Part shown: positions 46,708 to 59,164 of the stretch, piece by piece
Layout: each line of letters opens with the position of its first letter
How positions within the stretch are numbered: the first letter of the stretch is position 1
Source: the human T2T-CHM13v2.0 reference genome, Homo sapiens
Assembly: GCF_009914755.1 (NCBI RefSeq)
Contig: NC_060929.1
DNA: 64,000 bases
Direction: 5' to 3' (one strand)
The notes under the pieces: model-generated
What the model was told of the DNA's origin: nothing
The model's input: the letters and a program-made list of their open reading frames with translations, nothing else
Databases searched by the model: none
Translations under genes and position numbers: made by a program

Positions 46708-48823
46708 TTTTTCTTTCATTATTATATACTAGATTTCCATTCTTTAACCTAATGACAGTGTAGTTCTTTACATATATTTGTTCAATTTTTAATATTTGCC
46801 TACAAATATATAAGTACTTTTCCTTTTTATCTTCACATAGTATCATTTCTTCAAAGCTTGAAGAACTTCTTTTAGCATTCCTTACAGTTCAAGTCTGCTT
46901 AAAAAAGATCAATATTTGTCTAAAAATATACTTCCTTTATTTTTTAAGGAATATTTTTGGGGTATAGAATTTTCGGCTGACAGTTCTCCTTTCCTTCTAG
47001 TCCTTTAGAATTACTATATTGTCTTTTGAGTTTGATAATTTTTCGTAAGAAGGTGCTAAAATTCCTATTATTGTTTCTTGTACATAAAGTAGATATTAAA
47101 ATAAATAATATTTACCCTCAGAAAAGGAATGCCCTTTCTTCTGTGGTTTACTAGTTTGAGGAGATGATTTTCTCTAATCTGTGGTTGACCTTCTGTTCAA
47201 TAGACTAGGCGTATAGCTTTTATTAAATTTAGTTTACTGAATAATTTTAAAATGCTTGTTTTACATTAATAGGGAGAGAGGAAATCTAGAGCAGACATTG
47301 GGACAATAGTCTTCCTGAGGGCTCAAAAGCTGAGGAACAACCAGTGAGACCCAAGCCACCTACCCTTTCAATCAGTGAGTCTGTCACACTCCAGGAACTC
47401 CCATTCTCTACGCCCTACCACGTTCAGGAAAAGAAAAGAATTGGATTTTAGAAGTAACATTATTGAAAGCTGGGAGGGGACAGTTGGAATTTAAATTGTT
47501 AGTGGTTAATTTGAGTGAATCAGAGGTGGTATTTTTAGTCCCTTCCTCCACCTCAATATTCATTGTGTCAGTCCTGATGTAACTGTTCCTTTTGCCTACT
47601 CTCCAGAGTACATAATCTTTAACTTTTCCCCCGGACCTCTTATTTCCTCAGAACTCAACCTAAAACATTCTTTCTCTAGAATATCTTCCTCAATTAATCT
47701 TTAGTGTACTAACGTCTCTTGCTCAACTTTTATCAATTTAACTCTGCAAGTTATAAATATGAGCATATACTATTTGTGTCCTACATCATGTATCGGGTCA
47801 CCTACACCCCTTCTAAAAATTCACTATGTGATGTTTAAAGTCAAATGTACTATTTAAGTTTCTGTCATTGAGATGGCTCTACTGGAAAACATAGGTTTGG
47901 TGAGAGAGTTTAAGATAAATTTCCTTATTTCTTTTCTTTAACATTTATTTTATTCTCTTTTTAGGTGTGGGTGGTGATGGTGGTGAAGGTAGGGGAATAT
48001 CAAACAAATTAGATAGCTCTATAACATCTCCAATCAAATGTATTTCTAAATAATATTTTAAATTGTGCAAATAAATCAGTTTGTATATTTAAGAGAAACT
48101 GCCTTTAAACTTTATACAGATGTATGTAAGAAAAACATTTTATTTAATTGAATCTAAAAGACAGATTTTCAGTAAAAAGAAACAAAAAAATTAATTTCAT
48201 TAGAATTTCGTGCTCTGAGGTTAACATGATCACTTTTCTGCAACAAATGTACAGACTGGTGAGTAGGTCTTTTTGTGGCCTTGGAATTGATAACTAGGAA
48301 CCAGAACTGAGGATGAGGAGACTTAAGTATCATGTTTTCTGAAGAGAGCTGAGAATATATGAAGCCAAACACTCCTACAGGATTATTTGAGGAAACTATC
48401 ACTCCTGTCCTACTATGAACCCAAAGATGCCCTTAAGTGTGGAGAAAGAGATTTGATCAAGATGGTTGAAGGCAGCGACTAGGAAAAACATAAAACATTT
48501 CAAGTTTCTAGCCCAAGTTTAGATTTAATAAAATGGTTGCACTAGGATGGAAGTTTTCATGATCCTTTTTGAAAAGGCTCTTGTGAAAGTCATGATTCTC
48601 AGCAGTGCAATGTCATGTACCTACAAGCTAGGATTCCATGTCAAGAGTAACTTTCATGCAGAATCAATATTTGGAAAATGGAAGCTTTGAAGCTTCTGTC
48701 ACACTAATGTAGGGAACATAAAAAATGAGTTATTAGGCTATGTGATAATAGTCACATCTGAAAATTTTAAATATTATTGACATATTCTTGAATTTTAACT
48801 ATGAAAACTATGCAATATTATAC

Positions 48824-48950
48824 GGCTGGGCGTGCTGGCTCACACCTGTAATCCTAGCACTTTGGAAGGCCCAGGTGGGAGGACTGCTTGAGGCCAGGAA
48901 TTCAAGACCAACCTGGCAAACTTAGGGAGACCCTATCTCTATTTTTAAAA
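48824..48950 (+). mobile_element. FLAM_C-type free left Alu monomer
   Basis: ggaggactgcttgaggccaggaattcaagacc; flanks caatattata / caatgttata. Confidence 0.8.
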
Positions 48951-49599
48951 AATTCAATGTTATAGTGCATCACACAAATCTGTATCATAGAAACTGAACT
49001 TTTCAATTATATAAATCAATTTATAATTTAGTATGATTCAATTTATAATGTGATCTACTCTAATAGGACAAAAAGCTATTATATTACATCTACAAGATGG
49101 TTTAATAACAATTTATCAAAAATGATAGTTTTACTCAGTTTATTTAATTCAGACTAAGTCAAAAAAGAATAGCTTGAGCTTTATGATTATGAAAATATTT
49201 TTAAAATTATATTACACTAGGGTATATTGGGAAATGATTTGTTCATGTTTATACTTTAAGTACTAATAAAATTAAGATCATATTTGTAGAAAAACTTCAA
49301 GATCATTATCAACTTTAATAAATTTGTTATTTTCCAGCTTTCCAGTCAGAATAGTAACTTCCAGTATGAGTTATTTAACATTCTATAATTTTTCTACTTA
49401 ATTATATGAGCATTCAAAAATTTCAATCCATTTTCTTTAAAAAAAACTTTTAATTAATTTAAGTTAAAATTGTTTTAATGAATGCTCATGCTATATTGTC
49501 TTAAATAATTGTCTAAATATTGAGAAAATAATTGCCAGCAACCTGTTAATGTACTTTTTAGAAATTAAGTATTGTATATGCATAAATATCAACAGTAGG

Positions 49600-49765
49600 A
49601 CAGTCATTCTCTTAGAGAGTAGGACCCATAGCAACAGCATTACCTCCGGACTTGTTAAAAATGAAAATTATCAAATGCCAGCCTATACTACTGAATCAGA
49701 ATTTTCGGAGGTAGGCCTCGGAATCTGTGTTTTCATTGAAGTAGGCTATCGTTTAAGCACCACTA
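49600..49765. mobile_element. MER5A (hAT-Charlie) relic
   Basis: cagcattacc...cttgttaaaaatg...tactgaatcagaatt...ggaatctgtgtttt. Confidence 0.6.
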
Positions 49766-49848
49766 CAATTAGAGTATTGCAAATGCAAAAACATTGAAAT
49801 GGAGAAATAAGAATAGTTATTATCTGTAAACTAAGTCTTCTGTTGAAG

Positions 49849-50020
49849 TAGCACTTTCAACCTTGACTACACAGTAGAGTCACCTGGGTAGCTTTAAAAA
49901 ATTCTGATGCCAGGAACACAACTCTAACCAAGTATGTGAGACTCTTTGAGAAGTGAACATCAAATATTTTGTAAAGTAGCCCAGGTTATTGTAATGTACA
50001 GCCAAATTTGGGAAGCACTG
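49849..50020. mobile_element. MER5A1/MER5B relic
   Basis: gagtcacctgggtagctttaaaaaattctgatgcc...aatgtacagccaaatttgggaagcactg. Confidence 0.6.
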
Positions 50021-50079
50021 CATTTATAGAGTGAGCTCTTGGAAGAGAGTATCTTTAAAGCTCTAACAGATTTAAAGGG

Positions 50080-50149
50080 CTTCATTTGATATCCCCTCAA
50101 AAGGTGGCTCTAAGGACTAGGGCCACCTTTGAGGGGATATTGAATGAAG
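50080..50149 (+). repeat. 70-nt near-perfect hairpin
   Basis: Arms 50080-50112 and 50118-50149; loop aggac. Confidence 0.9.
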
Positions 50150-50453
50150 GTGTTTTAAGGCAGAGAAGTTATAGGACATTGCCTAGGGCATTCCACATCT
50201 CTAAAATAAACAGGAATTGTCAAAGTTAATGCATGCCTGGATTTTTCTCCATTTCCCACAATTTACAAGAAAAAAATTATCAGACATCTGAGGGACACAG
50301 TTCTAACAGAAAGACAATGCGCTGCAGTCTAAATAAACCAGAATAGAGAAGCTAGTTCAATAATGTAACATAATCATAATAAATATGTTCAAAAATGAAG
50401 AGAGTATTGATAGCATGAAGGGGAAACAAGAAGTTATAAAGAACAAAGCAGAG

Positions 50454-50955
<502 letters not shown>

Positions 50956-51019
50956 TTAATGGAACAAATTAGTTATTCCATTTCTTCTCATATACCTATC
51001 CAATGTATTACAGAAAAAT

Positions 51020-51520
51020 TACAAAAATAAAAGACAATATTTAAATTGAAAATATAAAACAAAATGAGTTAGATTAAGTCAAACTACAGTGGTCATTGCA
51101 GAATTCAAATATGATTTAACCCACTAATTAAAATATAAAAATTATCAATTGGTTATCAAGAAAAACACAAGTAAGACTCAACACTATTTTGTTTAGGAGA
51201 GATATGCATAAAATAAGATATATAAAGTTCAAAGCAAAAAAAAGTGGAAAGTGTCAGACTAATATGAAGTAAAGGAAATCAGAGTAACAATTTTAAGGCC
51301 AGACAATATAGAGCTCAAAGTGGAAAACACCTATCTATATATCTGTATCCACATCTGTATATGAACATTATACTTGTTAAAGCAAAAATAGATCAAGAAG
51401 ATGTAACATTTTTGAATACACATGTTCTTAATAATAAAGCCTACATATATTCAGATGAAGCAACATTTGAAAGACCTATAGAGACAAAATGAAAAAGTCA
51501 ACAAAGGTAGTTGGAAACTG
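51020..51520 (+). mobile_element. Ancient L1ME ORF2 endonuclease-region relic
   Basis: tatgatttaacccactaattaaaa...tcaagaagatgtaacatttttgaat. Confidence 0.45.
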
Positions 51521-52524
51521 TTCCTCTTACTTCCAAAGATTCCCGCCATTGCCCTGGTCATAATCCTAGAACTTGTAAACCTTTCTCCCTTGACAGTAGA
51601 GGGTGCTAAAAGGACACTGCAGAAAATGGAGGTGTCTGTTTCTGGTGCAGGTGTCCGTTTCTGGTGCAGGTATGCTTTTTCTTCTTGTGGCAGGAGTGAT
51701 GGTTTATCATGCAGAACTCCAAGTAGTTAATTTAAGGACATGCAACCAAGACAAGTTTGGAATATTGAAGAGTCTTTGTTTCTCCTCCTCACTCTGGTCA
51801 AATTAGGATAGGAAATAAGTTGCGCAGTTTCATAACCACTTTACCTCCCTACTCTATGAATTGCTATCATTACTAGGAAGATAGATCTCCAGCTATGGTG
51901 ATGGATAAATGTTGACATTTCTTCTTCTCATGATTCCTATAAGTTGGCCTGTAATTAGAACAATCTTAGCAGCATGCTGCTTAAATAATTTTTATTGCTG
52001 TTACTGTAGACAATATATTATGTTGTTATGAGTATTTAAAGGGGTTTTCAAGGGCATTTCCAAATATTAAACAGATTTTTCACCTTAGAGACTGATTTTA
52101 GAAAGTAGTCCTCCTGTAAAATGAAAATCCACTGCAACTTTATGAATGGAGTCTATTATTCTCTATTTTTGTGCCATATTACTCAATTTTGATGTCAGAG
52201 TTTAGTTAGATTTGTAAAATTAATTTGAAAGCAATTTTAATATATGGTTTTAAATATTTAGATGAAATGACATAAAAAACAAAGCAGATCATTGACTAAT
52301 TTTTCCATTTATTTAAAGTAAATTGGTTTATTTAGATTTCATACATTTTTAAAATCATCTCTGGTAGCATATGCTATTACATATCTTGTAAACATAATAT
52401 AATTAATATAAATAATATATATTTTATTTAATTTAAAATAATTTTTCTCCCTTACAACTGTAGTCTTATTTTCATCTGTCATTATATCCTTATTACAATT
52501 GCTATGTTCTTTATTTTTTTGAGT

Positions 52525-52677
52525 TATCATCTCACCCCAGTTAAAGTGGCCTATATTCAAAAGACAGGCAGTAGCAAATACTGGTGAGGATGTGGAGAAA
52601 AGGAAATCCTTACACTGTACGTAGGTATACAAATTAGTACAGCCACTATGGAGAACACTTTGGAGGTTCCTCAAAAA
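52525..52677 (+). mobile_element. Internal L1PB/L1MA ORF2 C-terminal fragment
   Basis: tatcatctcaccccagttaaa...ggaggttcctcaaaaa. Confidence 0.7.
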
Positions 52678-54499
52678 TCCAGAGAATTAATTTTCAAAAT
52701 GTCTTCTATGAATTGTCAAAATATATTTTATTGCATTGAAGTTATGGAATATTGCCTTTATAGTTACCATTTGAAAATCTTACTGAGATTTTCTTGGTGG
52801 CAAAAGAAGTAATTTCATAAGTGATATTTGTAAATTTTAAAAGAATATATATTCACACCATGGTATAAAATTATAGGAGTATTCAAATATCTTGTATCAT
52901 TTTCTTCGTCTCCGTAGTTTATCAAATTCTGAGACTAATTATTATCTCCTAAAATGAATCATTTTTGGTGGGAGTGCCTGATAATCTTTTTTTCTGATAT
53001 ACTTACTTTATATATTTTGCTACTATATAATAAACTGTATTTATGAGCATAAATATTTATATTTATGTTGCTTTGAAATGAAAGATATACATTTGTTTCA
53101 TTAAAGCACTTTTTCTTGAGTCTTGTGTCATCGAACATAAAATTGTCATCTATGAAATATTTTTGCCTTTGTCTATTTTAGTTTTGTGTATTTATTTACT
53201 TATTTGCTTATCTTTCATTTTTTTGTTGTTATAAGCTATATATACCCAGATTTGCTTCTTTTCATTTTTCTTTAATAAACAGTTTTTAAACATTAATTTA
53301 CACTTATTCTTAAACTTGTTTTATGTATCCTAATCAAGTATACATTACGTGTTTATTAAGCTTTCTTATGGTTTCCTTTCTTGCTTTTATGAATTTTGCT
53401 AAAATAAGAGTATTTCTTTCATCTATTTCCTTTGGTGATTTGAATATTTTGTGTCACATTTGTTTTTTTCTAGTTATATTTATAGCTATAAATGTTGAGA
53501 AATGTAATGCTTTTCTGATCTCCCAACTACTGTATAAAATTAGTTTTTCTATCTCTGGAATCTCTTATGCTCTATTCTGTATTTTAAATGCTCTGAAATG
53601 TTACTAGGTAATGCTGTGGTGGGAGTTTTGCATGTGTCATTGTCACATTGTAATTTATTAAAAAGCTAATTATTATGATTATTCTTACTTATATCATTTT
53701 CTAGGATCTCAAAACTTTATATATGGATTTTGAACATTTCTCTTGTTTTCTCACTGTGGCTATGAATCAAAGATTTCAACCTGAGCCTTTGTGTGCAAAA
53801 AGTTGTAGACAATAAGGCCTCTACAGAAAAGAGAGTGGGGTTGTGAAAATGAAGACCTGACTTTTGCCCAGACAACCTGTCAGTGTATTTGGAGATAGAC
53901 CCATATGCAACCTATCTGAATATAAATGTATCAGTGATGAAAAGAGATAGAGTGTATTTTCAGTCAGGAAAGAAAATAAGGACAGAAAGAAGATCACGAG
54001 CAAAGGAATAAGTGAAGGTATAAAATTGACTAGTATGTTCACACACCAATGACAGGGTAAATCTAAAGTCAAAAGAGCATGGGGCTGAGTGGCAAGGGAT
54101 ATAACTAGACATTATATCAGATATGTGAACAAGAAGATTGGGAGTTTGGACTTGTATGCAATTAGAATAACTAAAAAACTGTATTCAAGGCAATGAAATA
54201 AAAAGCTTGAGTTTCAGTCTGATATTTCAAGTAATGTGTGGAAGAAGACTTAGATAAGGGATGGATCAGAAAGTCTGTGAACAAGGATAGTGGAAGAAAA
54301 AAATAGAAGCAGGAAATTTATTTTAACAGTTTTTGGCACCCATTTATCACAACTCAGAAACAAACTGAATGGTGTTGGAGATGGAGTGGTAAAGATGTAT
54401 CTTAGATTTAAAGTATAATGGCAGGTGGATGCTAAAGTTATTAAACTGAGCTTTAAACAAACTAAAAATGCTGGTTTTATGGTATATAAAATTACTTTA

Positions 54500-54870
54500 G
54501 GAAGCAGTAGAGTTTAGCAATCAGATAGACTTGCATTCAAATAACTCTATTTACCCTTATTGGCTTGTTGACATTGTGCACATTACTTAATCAATTCTGA
54601 TTCTCACTTTTGGTCATAGTACACATGGACTTTGGGTGTCCACATTCTGAGTATAGACAACTGAGCATATGTGAAGGTCAAAGCAAGGGTTTCAGTCAAG
54701 AGGCAGACTAAGGATTCAAGGGGAGTACACACATCATTTTCACATAGTAAAAATTGTCTAATCACAATTTGATTCTCAGTTTTGTCCACAGTAAAAGACA
54801 TGGAGTAATTTCCTGTCAAGGGGTATTTATGCAGATTAAAACAAATAATGTCTGTAAACTATTTTACCAT
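54500..54870 (+). mobile_element. MIR interrupted by a templated insertion
   Basis: tcagatagacttgcattcaaat...ttacttaatc...tgattctcagtttt...gattaaaacaaataatg. Confidence 0.55.
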
Positions 54871-55325
54871 TTCTATCATTGCCATTATTATTAATACTAC
54901 TTCTATTTTGGGGGCATAATATACTTGAGGTTTCTATTGGAGAATACATGAATGAGTTTCATGGGTGAATTAAAATTACCCTTACATTCAGAAGAAAATT
55001 TAATAGTGGGGAAATAATTTTGTACATTTATATCATGGAAAGAACTGTAGAAAGATCATAACAAGGAAAAAGATGGTCATCTGTGGGTAACAGAGCAGAT
55101 AAAAAACTAATGCTCAATCAGCCAGATAAATAACAGTAAGTGATAAGAAGGAAAATCATAATATTATTGCCAGTTAAGCCAATAAAGGAGAGAATTCTAG
55201 GAAGACAGATATCACAAAGAAATCAAGGCAGATTAAAAATTAAGTCTATTTGACAATCCAGAGGTCAGTTCCAAGCAGTTTTAATCGAATACCAGAAAGA
55301 AAAACATAGTTCAGTGAGTTCAAGA

Positions 55326-56375
55326 CAGCAATGAGATACCACTACAAATCTACTAGAATGCAAAAATCCAGAATACTGATAACACTGAATGCTGGTCAGG
55401 ATGTGGAACAACAGAAACTTTCATTCATTGCTCACAGTAATGCAAAATGCTACAGCTACTTTGAAAGATAGTTTGGCAGATTTTTATAAAGCTAAATATA
55501 CTTTTTTTCTTTTTTTATTTTATTATTATTATACTTTAAGTTTTAGGGTACATGTGCACAATGTGCAGGTTAGTTACATATGTATACATGTGCCATGCTG
55601 GTGTGCCGCACCCATTAACTCATCATTTAAAAGCTAAATATACTCTTATCATGGGATCCAGCCATTGTGCTCCTTGGTATTTATCCAAAGGAGTTAAAAA
55701 CTTATGTCTACACAAAACTCTGAATGTTTTTATAACAAAAACATGTTTATAGTAGGTTTTCTTCATAATTCTCAAAACTTGAAAGCAAACTTGAAAGCAA
55801 AGAAAAAAGTTCTTCAGTAGGTGTATAAATAAACTGTGGTACATCGAAATAATGGAATACCATTTAACACTAAAAAGAAATGAGTTATCAAGCCATGGAG
55901 AAAACTTAAATGCATATTACTGAGTGAAAGAAGCCAGTCTGAGAAGTCTACATACTATATGATTCCCACTATGTCAAATTCTAAACAGGGCAAGACTATG
56001 GAGACAGTAAAATGATCCATGGTTGCCAGGATTTAGGGGAAGGGAGGGATGAACAGGCAGAGTATGGAGGATTTTTAGGGCAGTAAAACTACTATGTATG
56101 ATACTGTAATGGTGGATACATGTCATATAAATTTGTCCAAACCCAGAGAATGTACAATACTAAAAGTGAACCTCAATGGGAACTACGGACTTTGGGTGAT
56201 AATGATATGTCAATGTAGATTAATAAATTTTAACAAATGTACTACTCTGGTGGGGATGTTGGTAATGGTATGCACAGCATATATGGGAAATTTATTTGCC
56301 TTCTCGTTATTTTTGTTGTTGTTGTTTTTGCTGTGAATCTAAAACTGCTCTAAAAGATAAAGTCTATTAAAAGGA
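55326..56375 (+). mobile_element. L1MC1/2 3' region
   Basis: gaacaggcagagtatggaggatttttagggcagt; ggactttgggtgataatgat. Confidence 0.8.
55503..55629 (-). mobile_element. L1PA3/4-type 3' stub nested in the L1MC
   Basis: 15-bp TSD aaagctaaatatact at 55488-55502 and 55630-55644. Confidence 0.92.
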
Positions 56376-58605
56376 AAGAAAATACACACTGAAAGGCAAA
56401 AGACTGAAACAATGGGTATAGATTACTGTTAAGAGTCTGTGTTGGAAGAGGAGAAAGAAGCAGCTAAAATATATCACCTTTCTGTCCACATTCTGGTATA
56501 GATGACTGAGCATATGTAAAGGTCAAAGCAAGGGTTTCAGTCAAGAGGCAGGCTAAGGATTCAAGGGGAGTAGTAAATACATAATACAACCACTGAGGAG
56601 AATGGCAAAGGAAGTCAATAAAAAGGGCAGACCTACCTCATTCATAGAAATGACTATGCAGTTATATGCTCAAGCCAAAAAATAAATAGATCTATATCCA
56701 AATAAGAATTTGAATAATTTCTCAATATAGAGCTCTGTACCTTATGTTTCCTCTGGTTTCCACTAGGGTATCCTGTATAAAATGTGTACATCATTTTTGG
56801 GGCCTTGGCAAGCATGAAAAAAACCGTTAAGATATTATTCCGAATTTTTCAACTTTAAGTTTATTTTCTCATATCATTTCTTATGACTCTCCATCTTCTA
56901 TCTGACTATCCATGTTTCCAAATAATTCACATTTCACAAATCTATTTCATTTATGGCTACAGGTGCATATATTTTTGGACTATTGTATTACAAAAGCAAC
57001 CTATAGAAAAAATTAAGTCCATAAGTGCTCTAGGTCATAGAAGCAGATTAAAAAACAGCGAATGTAACACACAATATTATCTGTTTTCTGCCACTGCCAA
57101 CTGACAGAGCAGCCTAAAGAGCAATTACTGTCCTTACAGTCATGCTTGCAAAATGCACCATCTAAAAATAAAAAAAAAACATATAAATAAAATCAATGTA
57201 TTATTTGGCTTGTTTACTCACTGGCCAAATATTTACTACATAGGATTAAATTTATTTTTGCAATTTTATTACCAAGTAAAATAAAAATACCAATGAAGGA
57301 ACATAAAAACCGATTAAGTACAGGAATATTTGTGAACTATCTTCTTCATTTAATTCTAAATCAGTAAAATTACTTTACCCAACAATATTAAGAGACATGT
57401 AAACTGTGATTGTGTTATTGGACATTTCTATTATGATTTTGTCCTTACTGGTTGCTACATTTAAAATGGCATTTGCAGAGCTAATTTAGAGCACATAAAA
57501 CTGCACTTACCAATATTGAGCTATAATGATGTAAAAAGTTTCGATTCAGTAGTCATGTCATATTTGGTCAATAGCTAGCAATTGCCATTAGTAAGAAGTG
57601 AAGCACCTACAAGATGTGCCAAGTCAGTAAGAGAAACAAATCAGAGGGAGATGAAATGATCTGTAATGAGCAGAGAAAAGTCAATAAGGGAAAAAAGGGC
57701 CTATCTTAAAATGAATGAAGACACCAGCTAATATTTGTACCACATTTCTTCCATGTAAGTAGTTACTCTGAGCAACAAAGCTCAGCACAAAAGTATTTCT
57801 CTATTGTTCTAATGCTCACTGATTTTGAGCCCATCCTAAATGTTATACAATCATTGTACCAAAAAATATATTTTAAAATAAGTGTCTTTTTTTTTAAATG
57901 TTTTTAAAGAGGCAAACTTAGAGTGAGGTCTGCAATATGTAAAACACTCCTTACAATAGCAAGCCAAAAACATAACTGTCATTCCAGATTATATCACTCC
58001 TACTAGCCTAATTTAAACTGACTAAAGCATAGTATGGGAATTGTCAGCTTAGTGTATAAGTTAGCCTTGGGACTAACTAAATGTAATACTCTGTCTTGAA
58101 GCATATTGTAAACTTCTCAGGAAAACATCAAAGAGGAATTCTTAAGTCCTTGAAGAGTTAAGCTATTTCATGAATTCCAATAGGATAAATATAAACTCTG
58201 AAAAGAATGCAGACTGTGGCACATTAAAGGTGTAGGTACAACTACTCTGCCATTCTGCTCAGCTCCTCGTACTAAGAAAACTACCTCAGCTTCTGCTTAA
58301 CAATAGGCTTTTCTAGTAAATCCACTGAATTAGCTGAAGGATACACAAAAGCAAGGGAATTCAGAATTTTAGGAGGACATTCAGTTTATCTCTTCACTGC
58401 TCAAATACACTGTTAGTTTATGTTTGCCAACGATGAGAAAGTATCAGGGAAATATCCAAAACTCAAAAGTGGAAAGACAATTTATGTATAGAATCATCTT
58501 TTCTAAAGATGGTACTTTTGGAAAGGGCAGGTAAAAAAAGTAAGTTTTTTTTTTTCTACCCAGTGATTTTAACTCAAGTTTTTGAATGTCAAGTCAAAAG
58601 CTCTG

Positions 58606-59074
58606 TGTTATCCATATTTAAATGGATGTCCTACAACCCTTATTGTGAATTGTACTAGGGCTGATGTGTGCAACCAATTAAATATGGCAGAAAGGAAGTA
58701 TGCCACTTCTGAGCTTAGGTTATAAGAGATTATAACTTGCTGCTTGATTCCTCTTTCTCTTAAATCATTCACTCTTGGAAAAGCCTCTCTTAGATCACTT
58801 GATCTTGGGAAAGCCCTGTGGTTTGATATACATGGAAAGGAACTAAAATCTTCTACAAGTAGCCACATGAGTAAGCTTAAAACAGTTCCTGCTGCTTCAG
58901 CCAAGCTGTAGAAATGAAGCCCAGCCAAAAGCTTGACTGCAACCTCATGAAAGACCCAAAGCCAGAACCATTTGATTAACCTCCTTATGAAATACTGTCA
59001 AAGACCATGTGGCATTCTTGTCTTAAGCCACTAAATTTTGTATTAACTAGTTATGTGGTAACATACAAGTAATA
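58606..59074 (+). mobile_element. MLT1 (F/G/H-like) MaLR LTR
   Basis: gccacttctgagcttaggttataag; gcttgactgcaacctcatga; ttaagccactaaattttg. Confidence 0.7.
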
Positions 59075-59164
59075 TGGGTGTTTTTCATCTGCATTGGAAC
59101 ACAATCTTTTTATTTATGAAATGATTGTTTTCTAAATAAGTGATATAAAAGATTATTTTAGCTT

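Larger units (their letters stand above)
54637..56572. repeat. Dispersed direct repeat, 91/90 bp (54637-54727 and 56483-56572)
   Basis: tgtccacattctg...aaggattcaaggggagta; 4 substitutions and 1 indel. Confidence 0.93.

Noticed and set aside
51638-51671. 15-bp duplication gtttctggtgcaggt
   Set aside because: Simple local slippage with two copies
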